From Stegostoma tigrinum (taxonomy: Eukaryota), in the NCBI RefSeq assembly GCF_030684315.1, contig NC_081361.1:62603553-62667552 (forward strand): DNA of 64,000 nt, written 5' to 3'. The translations under genes and the position numbers were made by a program. Below are positions 14,589-28,800 of the stretch, in pieces (within the stretch, counting starts at the first letter, position 1; each line of letters starts with the position of its first letter). The notes under the pieces were generated by a model. The model searched no databases, had not been told where the DNA came from, and saw only the letters and a program-made list of their open reading frames with translations.

Positions 14589-16434
14589 CTAAAGAGGATG
14601 AAAAGTAATGTTTTAAAAGACAAACATTTGTAAGTTTCTCAGGTATAGCAAGTGTAACATTGTACAGTGAAAAGTTATTTGTTTTACCAAATTTCACCAC
14701 TGAACATGATACATATTGTGAATCAAAATTTAAAAAAGGTGTTGTGGAACAAACTGCATGAGCTAGAAGAGAGAATTGGTAGTGTTGAGAAAATATTTCT
14801 TGTTTGAACTCTTGGCTCAGCTCCACAGAGGGTTACCATTACATATCTATGTAACAAGCGCATGCACACAAAATGTTTGTTATTCTTGTGTGGGGGAGGG
14901 AAGGGGAGAAAAATGACAGCGTAAAAACTAGTTCACTTGTCAAAACTTAAAATTTAAGGCAAAAAAGTCCAATATTCTGCAACATAACACTTCCTCATGA
15001 CTTAACCAGGTGTAACTGTTGCATTTGACATATCATGTTTTATATTGTTCTGTACACATTTGAGATAACCAAAGAAAATGGGAAATCTTTATAATCTGTA
15101 AAACCCAATGAACTTAGCTGTGTAATTCAATGGTGAAAATTTCAAAACTCCAATAACATCAACATTTAATAAAAAAAAACTGCTATCAAAAATCCAATAA
15201 CCAACCTAAGCCTGTTATACTTCATAAAACACAAGAATAGCCTCTAATTAGTTCTATGTAACATCCAGATTTACCTCACCACTATGTAATGCTTACAACT
15301 GTCATTTTATTTATTTTGGAACAGTGCTATGGTAAAGCAATCCCTGACTCTCACCACAAATTCTGGAATACCTGCACAATTAAAACAGAACTGAAGATAT
15401 TCAGTTATTGTCCATCAATGGTTTGATAGCGCACTATATTACAGGCAAAACAACTTTGCCAGTTTGAGAACATTTATCATCCGCCTCAGCATCAGCAATA
15501 CTGGAGATAAATCTCACATCCACATATTTTATAGCTTAAACCCAATGCCCAAGGACAAAATTGGCAATGCAGATTGTCTCCCAAATATACAAATGGCCAA
15601 ATTCACTGATCCGATTTCGAACAGGAAGGTAGTGCTATTGAGCACCACAGCAGTCCTAAACTGGAATACAATAGTGAGAAAATCAAACCTGAGAGGCAAT
15701 CTGTATGCTGCTATGCAAAGAGGTGCAATGCTTAATCATGTTCTGTAACGTAATCTTGGTACTACTCCATACAAATCAGGAAAAAGAAAGTTTAGCTGAC
15801 ATCATGTTCCGTTGTTCTTTATCCAAGCACAGTTTCAGTATCACCTTGGACAGGCTTCTCTGCCTGCTCTATTACCTATGGATACCCTCGTAGATTTAAC
15901 CCTAACACCGTTACATTCCCCAGATGCATGCTGCCCCTCAGCAACATGTAAACAGTTTACACAATTTTACTTGAAATGTGAGGTTAAGACGACATCCAGA
16001 TTTACCTCACCATCACACCTTGACTCCTCTAGTGTCAATAAGTTATCAAAATACTTGAACTGCATTTAGTACAGGGTAAGCCAAAATTTCCTCTAATACT
16101 AGCAACACTTTCGTCATTGCTTTCACTCCCACAACAAACTCCATTCCCCAGTTACAGACTACATCCCTCTCACTGACAACCTGAGGGGCAACCAGACTAA
16201 TTACAACTCAGTCTCACATTTGGACATAACACAGGTTTGCCACTACCTATCCACTCCTCACTTCTCTAACACTGCTCAATGAAGTCCTTGGTTCAATCCA
16301 AAGATTTAATCTCTATTAACAGTGTATTGTTGTATTTCTCCGAATAACAGCAAATTTCTGAAACAAAATCTAAAGACTTCACCATCTTTTGAGATTGCTT
16401 GAATCTAACACCCATCACTTTTCTAGGAGACAGC

Positions 16435-16782
16435 AGCCACCAGTAAATGTCACCGAACTAGTAATCCAGAGGTCCAAGCTAATTCTCTGAAGACACGGAT
16501 TCAAATTCCATCATGGCAGCAACAGAATTTAAATTAGATGAGTTATTATGGAATTGCAAACCAGTCTCTGTAATGCTGACCATGAAACTACCATCAAATG
16601 TCATTATAAAATCCATCCAGTTCACTGATGTTTCTTGGAAGGAAAACTGTCATCCTCACTTGGGCTGGGCATACAGAACTACGCTGACTTGACTGCCCTC
16701 TGAAGTGGTCTGGCAAATCACTCAGTTGAAGGACTGTTAAGGAGGGGCAACTAATGCTGGTTTTGCTGCTGATACCCACAGA
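16435..16782 (+). mobile_element. Second tRNA-derived SINE family, old; a minus-strand copy lies at ~1475-1745
   Basis: The copies share gtaatccagag...ttcaaa...gaccatgaaa...gttcactgatgt...gaaggaaa blocks. Family name not certain. Confidence 0.6.
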
Positions 16783-18786
16783 AAGTTAATTATTTCTTCT
16801 TCCATGAAAAAGACAAATGACACATTTTTCATTATGGTTTAAAAGTGACTAAGAAATATTTGCCATACATAAATTCACATGGAATACATTGCATTGACAA
16901 GGTAATGTCTAACTCATACCAAAAGGAATCTAGTACAACACAAAGCAATATCAGCTTTCCAATCTTAAAATCAGCTCCATAGCATGAATACAAAAAGTTG
17001 ACACAGCAAGTAAAACATAAGAATGTGGAAATAAAATGACAAAATCTGAAGAAACTCAGCATGTCTGGCAGCATCTGTGGAGACAGCAACAAGGTTAATA
17101 TTCTGAGTCCAGTATGACTCTTCTTCAGAATGGTTCTGTTTGTCTCTCCACAAAGGCTGCCAGGCATGAGTTCTTGAGTTGCTCCAGCACTTCATGTTTT
17201 AATATGATAAGACAGGAAGCTTTCCTTGGTATAATGTAGTCTAGAATATAAAAACAGCGAGGTTATGCTCAACCTTGACAAAACACAGGCTAGACATCAG
17301 CTAGAATGCAGTCTACAAATCTGACCACAATTTAGAGAGAATAAGGCCTTGAAGGATATCAGGCAGGAATAACAATTGAAATTCTGTGCTATGAATCAAG
17401 CTATGTCAAGAGCACGCAGAAAATGGGAATAATTCTCAGAGCAGAAAAAAAAAATGGAAGACCTAACAAATACTTAGAATCGTAAAAAAAAGTTCTGCTA
17501 CAGAAGTAGGGAGAAGTTGTTTCCTCTGGTACATAGGTCGGTGACCAGAGGCCACACAGTTAAAACATGACAAGAGAACAAGAAGGGAAATTGAGTTTTC
17601 TCCCCATAAAGGGTTAATAGGATCTGAAATGCAATTCCAAGGGAATGATGCTAGCACATTCCATCGGAAGTTTCAAAAGGGAATATACTTTAAGAGGACC
17701 AAAATGCAGGGTTTTGGGACTAAGTACAGGTGGTTCTGTTTCAGTTACCTAGATATGAAGCTCTGAAGTTCACGCTCCAAACATGTGCAACTTCCCAATT
17801 CATTTTCCTTCTGTAAAAAGTAAAAATTCTAAAAATTGTTGGTCATTAGCTCTAATATCCCCTGATATTGATCTGTCATTTTGCTTTCCAATGCACAAGA
17901 TGCTCTGGGACATCCCGGTACAGGAAAGAAACTATACAAGCACATGCTGATGTAAATGTCAAAGATCAGGCACAAATAGGACAGGTCTAATGGCCGCAGT
18001 ATGTGCAACAGTATTGAATAATGGTATTCCTTTTACTATGCCCTCTCCATTCCATTGTTTACAAACACCATTCTGGGCCCCTCTTCCTTATGCCATTTCC
18101 CTCCCCTTCCCACTTCCTTGCATCTTACCACACACTTGACACTGCTTTGTCTGAATTTCTGACCTGCTCGTCACCAGCCTACTGGTATCCTGTCTTTCCA
18201 GGAATTTTACTTGTACAAATCAAGAATGGAACAAGGGGACCTTCCAAGACTGCAAGCCCAAGGATCAGTTAATTCTCGTATAGCTGATAAATTTAATCAA
18301 CATGAATCCACTGAAGGTACTTACTTGCCCTGCAAAAGCATTATACAACTCCATACTTTTAGGTAGGTAAAACTAAATTACTTAATAATAAAACTCAAAA
18401 GGTTTAGCAGAGACATCCACCCACTCACCTGGAGGGCAAAAGCTGGCTTGATACTATGTCACTACAAGGATAACCAAACTGATTACAGACTACTGTCAAA
18501 AATGCTTTGAAGTTGAGGACTAGGAGAATTTCCTCTTCTCTTGTACATCTGGTGGAGCACTTTTACTTTCAACTGGTTTTCCCCTACCCCATTATCAATA
18601 TCAGAGACATCACGGTATTGGAGGCCACCACTTCGTTCAACAGTACATGACAGCTCCCTATATCACAATTCAGTCAGTCCCATTCCCTGCTCTATCCCAA
18701 AGACCTGCAAATTTATTTGCCTCAAGTATCTATTAAAGTTTCTTTTGAAATTATTAATCATCCACAACTCCATCTCCTTCAAAAAC

Positions 18787-19368
18787 CATAAGACCACAAC
18801 ACATACGAGTGGAAGGCCAATCAGCCCATCAAGTCTGCTCCACCATTTAAATCATGGCTGATGGGCATTTCAACACCACTTCCCTGCACTCTCCCCGTAG
18901 CCCTTGATTCCTCATGAGATCAAGAATTTGTCGATCTCTGCCTTGAAGGCATCTAACGTCCCGGCCTCCACTGCACTCCAGAACAACGAATTCCAACAGC
19001 CCACCACTCTCTGGCTGAAGAAATGTCTCCTCATTTCCTTTTTAAATTCACCCCCTCTAATTTTAAGGCTGTGCCCACAGGTCCTAGTCTCCCCGCCTAA
19101 CAGAAACAACTTCGCAGCATCCACCCCTTCTAAACCATACATTATCTTGTAAGTTTCTATTAGATCTCCCCTCAACCTTCCAAACTCTAATGAGTACAAT
19201 CCCAGGTTCGTGAGCTGATAATCATAGGTTAAACCTACCATTCCAGGGATCATCCATGTGAATCTCCGCTGGACACGCTCCAGGGCTAGTATGTCCTTCC
19301 TGAGATGTGGGGCCCAAAATTGGACACAGTATTCTAAACGGGACCTAACTAGAACTTTATAAAACATC
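18787..19368 (-). mobile_element. CR1 LINE 3' end
   Basis: 152-aa ORF YKVLVRSRLEYCVQFW...RLRGDLIETYK...FFSQRVVGCWNSL. Confidence 0.93.
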
Positions 19369-20593
19369 AAGTTTCAGATCACCAATACTTGCTGACGTTT
19401 TAAAACAAAAGGAAATTTCTCACATCTCTCTGCATTTCTTGTCTCAAACTTATATCAATCTCCTCACGTACCTTCAGATATTGGGGACTGCTCGTCCCAC
19501 AAACCAAAACAAATAGCTGGCACAGACATAATCGACCAACTGGATTTCTCTTGTACTGGAAAAGTATTTGGCTCTATAATTGACTGACAATAAAAAAAAT
19601 TACAACTTGGGAAGAAAAGTGATGATTTGACGTTTCACATTCCTTCCAAAACATCAAAGACTTGTCAATCTGAACATGAACATTCACTGATATCACAAAT
19701 GATGATTTTAAGCAATCAGCAGATCATCAGATCCAGACATAAAAGTCATTCACCACTTCATTTGATGCAGGTCACCAATTCACTTTCTGCTCTACATCAC
19801 CAGTGTTCTCATTTAACAGTTTGTCAAGTATTTAACATTAAAACAGCAGGTACATTAATATTTTATTCCACAGCCTAAATGGTAACATACCTGAATGGAT
19901 TACTGATTTTGTGATGCACAACAATTTAGGTTTCAATCAGCTGTTACATATAGGCTCATATTTTAATAGCAAATAAGTGGTTTAGATAATAAAACACTAA
20001 TACATAATAGATCAAGCATATAACATCGCAAGTTTGCCCAAACCATTTGATATCGAATACAAATGCCACTGAAGCTTTAAAAATGGGAGTTAGACAGAGT
20101 TTATCGGGCTAAAGGGTCTGGACCCGAAACATTAACTCTGACTTCTCCCCACAGATGCTGCCCAGTCCGCTGAGCTTTTCTAGCAACTTCTGTTGTTGCT
20201 TCTGGCTTCCAGCGTCCGCAGTTCTTTCGGTTTTTACTTGGTACATTTTATGATTGTTGAGTTGTTGCTTTCAGTTAATAAATTGTGCGAATTATAAGTA
20301 AGAAACAAAGAGTCAGATTCCTTCAAATAAATTAGATTGTTCCAGCAAACCCTAGCATTCAAAAGTACATGTTAAACATAACTTTTTAAAATAAATTTAC
20401 AGCAAAGGATAAAACCAGCTAAATCGTCCTTTCCTACATTTAACACCCGCAACATGTGGTCAATTATTGACATGACAACCAGATAACTGGTTCACCATTT
20501 AATATAATACAAATGGTAAATGTTCCTGTTCATCCACAGTTCGTTAGACAAGACATAGGGGGGAAAAAAAATCTCTGTAAACATCAAATGCAC

Positions 20594-20635
20594 CTGAAAA
20601 TCGGCCAGAATCATCTCTCGGTCCATGGCCGCCAT
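20594..20635 (-). CDS. FAF1: FAS-associated factor 1, coding exon 1 (MAAMDREMILADFQ)
   Basis: Minus strand reads ATG GCG GCC ATG GAC CGA GAG ATG ATT CTG GCC GAT TTT CAG|GTGCAT: 42 nt, phase 0. Matches the vertebrate FAF1 N-terminus (human MASNMDREMILADFQ) and joins in frame to exon 2. Confidence 0.93.
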
Positions 20636-21010
20636 TCTGCTGCTTCTTTCAACTATGTCCGGCTGTTCAGGACAGTCACAGGGAGGGAGGGAGGGAGGGA
20701 CGGACGGAATTCACCTCTCAACAACTTTTCCCTCGACGGCAACAAAGAAAAATACCACTGTTTAATAAGCCTTCTCAGCTCAGAACTAAATACTCACTAC
20801 CGACGAAAACAACATCATTGAAAATTTTGGCCCACTATTATTCTAAAGGAAATAAGATAATACCCTCGACCCCTGGAAAGAATGAGCGCTTCCAAACCAG
20901 TTTACGGCAACGTCGTTCTCTAATTTTGCTTGTCACGCTGTCGTGAAGAGAAATAAACATCGTCTTTACGGCCGCGTGTGCACGTGACGCAGCTGTCAAC
21001 TGGCTTCGCA
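20628..21010 (-). promoter_or_regulatory. FAF1 promoter / 5' UTR region
   Basis: CpG-rich stretch upstream of the ATG. E-box CACGTG (20981-20986) overlaps half-CRE TGACGCA (20985-20991). YY1-like AGAATGGCGGC spans the start codon. Confidence 0.55.
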
Positions 21011-21052
21011 GCAGAACAGTGGAGAGGGAGAGTGAGGTTCCTCTGTAACAGG

Positions 21053-21772
21053 ACAGAGCAATCTCAGTACTCCCCTCCCAGTACCACAACAGAGCAATTT
21101 CAGTACTCCCCTCCCAGTACCACAACAGAGCAATCTCAGTACTCCCCTCCCAGTACCACAACAGAGCAATCTCAGTACTCCCCTCCCAGTACCACAACAG
21201 AGCAATCTCAGTACTCCCCTCCCAGTACCACAACAGAGCAATCTCAGTACTCCCCTCCCAGTACCACAACAGAGCAATCTCAGTACTCCCCTCCCAGTAC
21301 CACAACAGAGCAATCTCAGTACTCCCCTCCCAGGACCACAACAGAGCAATCTCAGTACTCCCCTCCCAGGACCACAACAGAGCAATCTCAGTACTCCCCT
21401 CCCAGTACCACAACAGAGCAATTTCAGTACTCCCCTCCCAGTACCACAACAGAGCAATCTCAGTACTCCCCTCCCAGTACCACAACAGAGCAATCTCAGT
21501 ACTCCCCTCCCAGTACCACAACAGAGCAATCTCAGTACTCCCCTCCCAGGACCACAACAGAGCAATTTCAGTACTCCCCTCCCAGTACCACAACAGAGCA
21601 ATCTCAGTACTCCCCTCCCAGGACCACAACAGAGCAATCTCAGTACTCCCCTCCCAGTACCACAACAGAGCAATCTCAGTACTCCCCTCCCAGTACCACA
21701 ACAGAGCAATCTCAGTACTCCCCTCCCAGTACCACAACAGAGCAATCTCAGTACTCCCCTCCCAGTACCACA
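21053..21772. repeat. 36-bp minisatellite, ~20 near-identical copies (ACAGAGCAATCTCAGTACTCCCCTCCCAGTACCACA)
   Basis: Directly visible; the ORF track shows 12-aa periodicity in three frames. Confidence 0.97.
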
Positions 21773-22560
21773 AGGGAGCAATCTCAACACCCCCTCCCAG
21801 TCCCAAAACAGAGCAACCTCAACCCCCCCGTCCCACAACAGACCAACCTCAATCCCCCCGCCCAGTCCCACAAGAGACCAACCTCAACCCCCACGCCAAA
21901 CACAGAGCATAGCAATCTCCACCAGCACCCGCAATCTCCTCCGAAAGCTTGTGACATCAAATAAACCTGTTGAATTATAACCTAGTGACTTTGCTTCTCT
22001 CTCCCAGAACAGAGCAATCTTTCCACCAGAACAGAGCTACCCCCATGCCAACACAGCAACACAATCCCTCTCCCAGAACAAAGAAAGCACCCACACCTCC
22101 CGGCACAGAGCAATACCCCATCCCTCCAGTTCAGAGCAATCCCTTCTCCAAGGACAGAGCAATCCCCATTCTTCTCCCAGCACAGAGCAGTCCACCACCA
22201 CCCCCACAACCACCCCAGGACACAGCAATCCCTTCTCTCAGCATACAGTAACCCACCTGCTCTCCCAGCACAGAGAAATCTTCCCCATAGCAGAGGGCAA
22301 TCCCTTCTCCCAACACAGGGCAATCCCCTCTCCTCTCCCTGCACAGAAAAACCTCCACCTGTCACAACACAGAGCAACCCGTCTTGTCCCAGAACAGACT
22401 CCATTTGCCACCAGCATAGAGTAACAGCTCACCACACCCCCCAACAGAGGATAATCACCCAACTCCAAGAACAGAGCCATTCCCAATCTCCGTACACTAA
22501 GCAAACTACCCATACCCAAGCACAGAGCAATTTCTCCTGAATTTCCTGCACCAAAGCAGG
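21773..22560. repeat. Degenerate continuation of the minisatellite (variable units sharing a CAGAGCAATC core)
   Basis: Recurrent acagagcaat-like motifs separated by C-rich spacers of varying length. Confidence 0.75.
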
Positions 22561-23029
22561 AGTTCTGGGCATTTCGCCCTGTCCCTATCCTAGCACAGGT
22601 TGCAGAGTGATTTGTCCACCACTGTCTCTCCCAGCGCAGAGATATAAGCAAAAATTGGATAAGCTTGGGTTATTCTCTATGAAACAAAGGAGGCTGAGGA
22701 GAATTTGATTGAGATATACCAAATTTTGAGACACTGGTGTAGACTGAATGTGAAGAGTGTTTTTAGCTTGGCTGAGTGCTCACTGACAGGAATATAAATT
22801 TCATAGTTTACAAGGCTAGTGGATAAGATGTTGGAAAATGTGTTTAGGTTGGATGCCTTGTTTTTGGCCAACGTAGACATGATGGATTAAGTGGCCTCTT
22901 TGTGCGCTATACATTTTCTATGATTCTAAACCCTCCTCCATTCTCTCTACCAGTGCAGACCTATCCTTCTGCTGTACAACTTTTCCCACCCTACTCTCCT
23001 TCACCTCTTCTCTCCTTCACTGAGGGACA

Positions 23030-25805
23030 AAAAGAACTAAAGCAAAGTACAGCGTAGGAACAGGTTCTCCTGCCCTCCAAGCCTGTGCCAATCATCATGC
23101 CCTAACCAAATTAAAAAACAAACCTTTTGCCCTTATTTGGTCTGTATCCCTCTATTCCCTCCCTATTCATGTAACCATCCAGATACCTCTTAAATGTCAC
23201 CAACATGCCTGATTCCACCACCTCTTCTAGCAGTGCGTTCCAGGCTCCTACCACTGTCTGCGTGAAAAACTTACTTGGCACATCTCCCCTAAACTTTTCC
23301 CCTCTCACCTTGAACCTGAGTCCCCGTGTAATTGAAACTTCAACACTGGGAAAAAGCCTCTGTCTATCCACCCTATCTCTGCCTCTCATATTTTTGTAGA
23401 CCTTTGTGCTGCTGTCTTTCCAGTGAAAACAATCCTAGTCTTTTTAACCTTTCCTGATAGCCAATACCCTCAAGACCAGGCAACATCCTGGTGAACATTC
23501 TCTGCACTCTCTCCTAAGCTTCCAAGCCCTTCTGGTTGTGTGGTGACCAAAACGGCACACAATACTCTAAATGCAGCCTAACAAGAGTTTTATACAGCCG
23601 CAACATTTTTGCCAACTCTTGTACTCCATGCCTTTGTCAATGAAGGCAAGCATGCCAAATGTCTTCTTAATCACCTTGGCCACCTCTGTTGCCAATTTTG
23701 GGGAACTGTGGACCAGTCCATTTATATTAGTGTTCCTAAGGGTTCTGCCATTCATAATTTAATTCATGCCCGAATTTGATCCTCCAAAATGCATCAACTC
23801 ACATTTGTATAGATTAAACTCTTTCTGCCATTTCTGTGCTCGAGTCACCAATCTATCTATATTCTGTTCAGAGATAATGGGAACTGCAGATGCTGAAGAA
23901 TCCAAGATAACAAAAGTGTGGAGCTGATGAACACAGTAGGCCAAGCAGCATCTTAGGAGCACAAAAGCTGACGTTTCGGGCCTCGACCCTTCATCAAAAC
24001 AAGGATCTGATGAAGGGTCTAGGCCCAAAATGTCAGCTTTTGTGCTCCGAAGATGCTGCTTGGCCTGCTGTGTTCATCCAGCTCCACACTTTGTTATCTA
24101 TATTCTGTTGTATCCTTTCACAATTGTCGGCACTACCAGCAACTCCACCAATCTTTGTGTCATCATCAGACTTACTAAGCAGACCACCCACATTTTCCTC
24201 CAGATCATTTATAAATGCTACAAACAACAGAGGACCTAAGACTGATCCCTGTGGAGCACCACTAGTTACCAGTCTCTATTCGAAAAACATCCTTCCACCA
24301 CTACCCTCAGTCTTCTATGACCAAGCCAGTTTAGTATCCATCTCACCAGCCCACCCTAAATCCTTTGTGATTTTGGTTTTTGTACCAATCTGCTATGTGG
24401 GACTTTATCAAATGCCTTATTAAAATTTATATAAACTTCATCCACAGCCCTTCCATCATCAACTATCTTTGCCATGTCTTCAAAACATTCAATCGGGTCA
24501 GTGAAACATGACATTCCCCGTACAAAACCATGCTGCCTTTTGCAAACTAGTCCATTTTCTTCCTCTGTATCTTCTCCAAGAGCTTCCCCACAATAGACAT
24601 CAGACCCACCGACCTATAATTTCCTAGATTATCCCTGCTTCCTTTCTTAAATAAGGGAAACACGTTGACTAATCTCCAGTTCTCTGGAACCTTTTCTGTG
24701 GTCAAAGAGGATGTGAAGATATCTGCTAGTGCCCCAGCTTTTTCTTCTGTTGTCACTTGCAGTAACATAGGTTAGATCCCATCTGTCCCTGGGTACTTGT
24801 CTACCTCAATACAATTTAGGATACCCAAGACTTCCTCCTTCAATATATTGACATTCTCGAAAGTATTCACACATTTATCCCTGATGTCAAAATCAGTCAT
24901 GTCTTTCTCCTTGTGGATATTGATACAAAGTACTCATTACGGGTCTCTCCCACTTCATGTGGATCCACTCATAACTTCCCTCCTTTGTCCTTGAGTAGGC
25001 CTACTCTTTCCCTCACTATCCTCTTTCTTCTAATATATGCATAAAAAGCCCTGGGATTCTCCTTGACCCTGTTTGCTACAAACATTTCACAGCCCCTTTT
25101 AGCCTTCCCAATTCCACGTTTAAGTTCCTTCCCAATTTTTCTATTCTCCTCAAGGGCTTAGTCACTTTGTAGCTCCCCAGACCTATTGTATGCTTCCTTT
25201 TTCTTTTTGACTCAGCTTACAATTTCCCTTGTCATCCATGGTTCCTGAATCCTGCCTTTCCTATTCCTTATTTTTGAAGACACATGCGTGTCCTGTACTT
25301 TAATCAACTGGCCTTTAAAAGCATCTCACATGCCAGATGTAGATTTGCCCTCAAGTAACTGCTCCCAATCCACATTCCCCAATTCTCGTCTAATTTGGAT
25401 ATAATTGGCACTTGCCCAATTAAGCACCCTCACCCAAGGTCCACTCTTGTCCTTGCCCATGACGACTCAAAATCTTACGGAATTATAGTCACTAAGTCCA
25501 AAATGCTCTCCTGCTGTAACATTGATATCCTGTCCTGGCTCATTCCCCAATATCAAGTCTTGAATGGCCTCATCTCTGGTTGAATTGTCAACTTACCATC
25601 TCAAAAAGCCCTCCTGGACACATCTAAAACATTGATCTCCATCCGAGCCCCTGGCTCTCAGGGAGTTCAAGTCAATAAGAGGAAAGTTGAAGTCATCCAC
25701 CATAACTACCCTGTTTTTTACACACCTTTCCAGTATCTGACCACATATCTGCTCCTCTCTCCCCAGTGGGCTGTTGGGAGGTATATAGAAAGCTCACAAC
25801 ACTGT
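23030..25805 (-). mobile_element. CR1 LINE ORF2 remnant, interrupted by a fold-back element
   Basis: RT and C-terminal ORF2 fragments in the ORF track ([15 protein letters not shown]; FFTQTVVGAWNAL). Confidence 0.9.
23869..24099. mobile_element. PLE-derived fold-back mini-element (family A) inserted in a CR1
   Basis: Two ~95-bp inverted arms plus a ~35-nt one-sided tail. TSD TATCTATATTCTGTT at 23854-23868 and 24095-24109. Confidence 0.88.
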
Positions 25806-28800
25806 GATAGAGGTGTAAAAATCATTATTACTTTTCATTGTACTTTGTCTTGAAATATATAACATTTACTGATTCTTGTCAATCTGCTTCCAATTATTAC
25901 AAAAGTGGATTTTGCTTAATATGAACTTGATGGCTGTATCAGTTTTTGCCTTACATTGTCTTTCCTTGCATATTCCATAATAGAGTATTGTATTTTATTA
26001 TAAAAGGTGCAAATTATTCTCAGCTGACTCAGCGCAATATATAACTCTTCTCTAAACTTGAAGTGATATTAAAGATGGCAAATTATTTTCACAGTTTAAT
26101 TATCTGTCATACTCATGATGAAAGAGATACTATTCTGTAAGCAATTTTTTTGGCATTTTATTAGTTCTATATAATCATTTCTGTGCTGAAAAACTAAGAA
26201 TTATGACACAAACAATCCAAAAAATTGAATAATAATCATGTTAATCTCGAGGAATTAACAAGAGATACAAAAAATAGTTCTTGCATATTCAATTTCTCAT
26301 TACCATTCTCTATGAAGAAAATTAGTCTTGGAGTCAAGCTGACAAAGTTGAAAATTGTTTTTAACTTACATTCAGTAAACTATTATGCATTAGATGTTCC
26401 AACTTTCCAAAAAACACTAGTGCTGCAAAATACCTAGTCCTCTGCCTAATGACCTCTGGATGGCACTATAACTTTAACTATCAAAATAAACTACGAGTTT
26501 GGCAACTGCTTTCCACATTATCCTGAATCTAGTTTTAAAAAATTGGTAAAATAGATTTGAAAATGTAAGCTCTAAACCTAGGTGGTTATTCCTTTAAGAG
26601 TACTTGTTAAAATAATGGATCTTAAAATTTTAATCATAAAGTTTAGAAAGCAATATTTCATGATATTTCGTTACTTTATACTAGACTTCTCACCATCTCC
26701 TCCTTCTTCCTGATTTAAATGTAATAATGGACAAAGAACTTAAATATTTTTAGGAATGTGGAAAATATATGAACTTCAACAAGCAAATCAAAACCATTAA
26801 ATACTTCATTGCCCTATCCCATCAGTTGAGCAAATTTTTTGTTCAGTTTTGTCAATACTCTTCAAAATATTCTAAGTCTTTTCACCAAGTCCTTTTACAA
26901 CTAGCTCTGCTATATCCTGGAATTCTGATGCTAAGAACACATGCGTTGTATTTCTCTGCACCATTCAAGGATAATACTGCAGATCCATAGAGCTTTTAAC
27001 AGCATGGAAAAAGATCTTGCAGACTGTCATGACCATGCTAGTCATCAAGCATCTAATTGTTCTAATCCCATTTTCCTGTTCATAGGATCTGCTGAGATAA
27101 TTCTTGTCCTGATCTGAACACAACTTCTTGATTTTCCTTCTCCAGATGTTTACACCAGTTTGCAGGAGATACAGGATGATTGGTTCACACTTATAAAAGG
27201 TCTCTGACTTTTTAGTTATCTTACAGAAAATGCTGAAGGAAAATCAAACCAGTTTTATTCAAGTTTACAGTGGCTTTCAATACAGAGAACAGAAGAAGAT
27301 CCTAAACTTGTGGAGACCTGATGGCTTCTTACTGCCTTGTTTACTGCTCAAGCTGTTCAGTTCGAATTGAGATCTAATTGCATATCATTCACAGGAAGAA
27401 TGCCTTTGCCATCCATATACATTCACTAGTCCACAGATCAACCAGCCATTTATTACCACTGGCTTCAGCTCATCTTCAGTTTTTCCTACCATTGCTTGTA
27501 CAAGTAGCTGTGTAGGCGGTGCTTACAATGAGTGTCAAGTTACTGCTTTCAAAAGATGCAATAATCCTTCAGCAATCCTTGGTTTTTAAAACAGTTCTTT
27601 TCCATTTCAGTCTGCAGTCAAAAATACAAGAAAATTAAAAACAATCATTAGGTGATGGCAACTGGGAGTCAGAAGACCAGCAAAATGCCCAAAGCTCTGA
27701 TTGAAGGACATTCTGAAACCCCTGACCTGAAAGCTGTGGAGATCAATTTTTGATTCTGGGAGACAACACCTAATGGCAGAAGAAAATAGTGACATCACCT
27801 GTGAGGTAGCATACATTATCAAGCAATCAGTGGCTACAACATCTTTACAATATATGCACAAAAAGTACTTAGTTTTTAAAGCGTGTTAATTATTAACATG
27901 ATGAATATTAGCTGATAGTATTGGTTCAGTTACAAAAGTTAAAGGATAAAGTTTTAGTTAACTGTGACATAATACACTCCTGATGATCCTGCCAGTGTTA
28001 ATACAACAAGATATGGGCAGGAGCCCAGCTGGCTAGATTCTATGATAACAAACACAGTTTGTACAAAGTAAACAATCATGAAGTTATAGATCCACAAACT
28101 GATGTCAATAACCGATAAGTTATTCTACTTCTAAAAATATAGTTTGTAAAGTTAAGGTAAAGTAGTCACAAGTGCAACATTACTTAGAGGAGCAGACAGG
28201 TGTTTCTGCAGCCATGGACATGACTCTAGGATGGTACATTGCCTCCCTCATGCCTGGGTCAAGGATGTTTCGAGTAGTGCAGGAGATTGTTAGTCCTCAC
28301 TTTTACTGCTGTGACTAGATGGAAGGATGCAAGAAGCTATTACTTTCACTCTAGCCAAATCCTTCCCCAGAAGTAGGACAACTCCATCCATCAGCAAATA
28401 GCAGACAACCCTTTCAGTTACCATTCTAGACATGAGGTTGCACTCTAGATAAAACCAATACAAAGGTATCGGTATATACTCTGCACCAACATTTATTTAC
28501 TGAAACCTTGGCATTTAAAGTACACTCTGGTGAAAGTTGTGCCATTCCCCAGCAATTGAGAATGGGTAGCTCCAATACTCCTTTGTACAACTACAGGTTT
28601 ATCTTCTTCATTTGAGGAATAGCAGTTACTTTTCCTTTTAGTAAAAACTGCTCACAATTCTGAGGCATCTTGCCCATTTTTCCAACAGTCCAAACAGCCA
28701 TTTTTATTTATTTGACAGCTGCAGTCAGAGCCACCACTCGGTCTGTTAGTCTCTCAGTCAAGGTTCCCTATTTTGCAATGATGTTGTATATCCCTGTATA

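Noticed and set aside
20838-21964. Three long overlapping ORFs (322, 328 and 291 aa) with 12-aa repeats, one mucin-like
   Set aside because: By-product of a stop-free 36-bp unit. Open on both strands, no signal peptide or splice context, and located in the FAF1 promoter flank.
21053-22560. CRISPR-like appearance (conserved core with variable spacers)
   Set aside because: Units are contiguous tandem copies, spacers are related and low-complexity, there are no cas genes, and the context is vertebrate.
23869-24099. DNA-transposon MITE interpretation of the hairpins
   Set aside because: The arms match the 3' terminus of the GIY-YIG retroelement, are asymmetric (one-sided tail), and have 15-16 bp TSDs of unrelated sequence.
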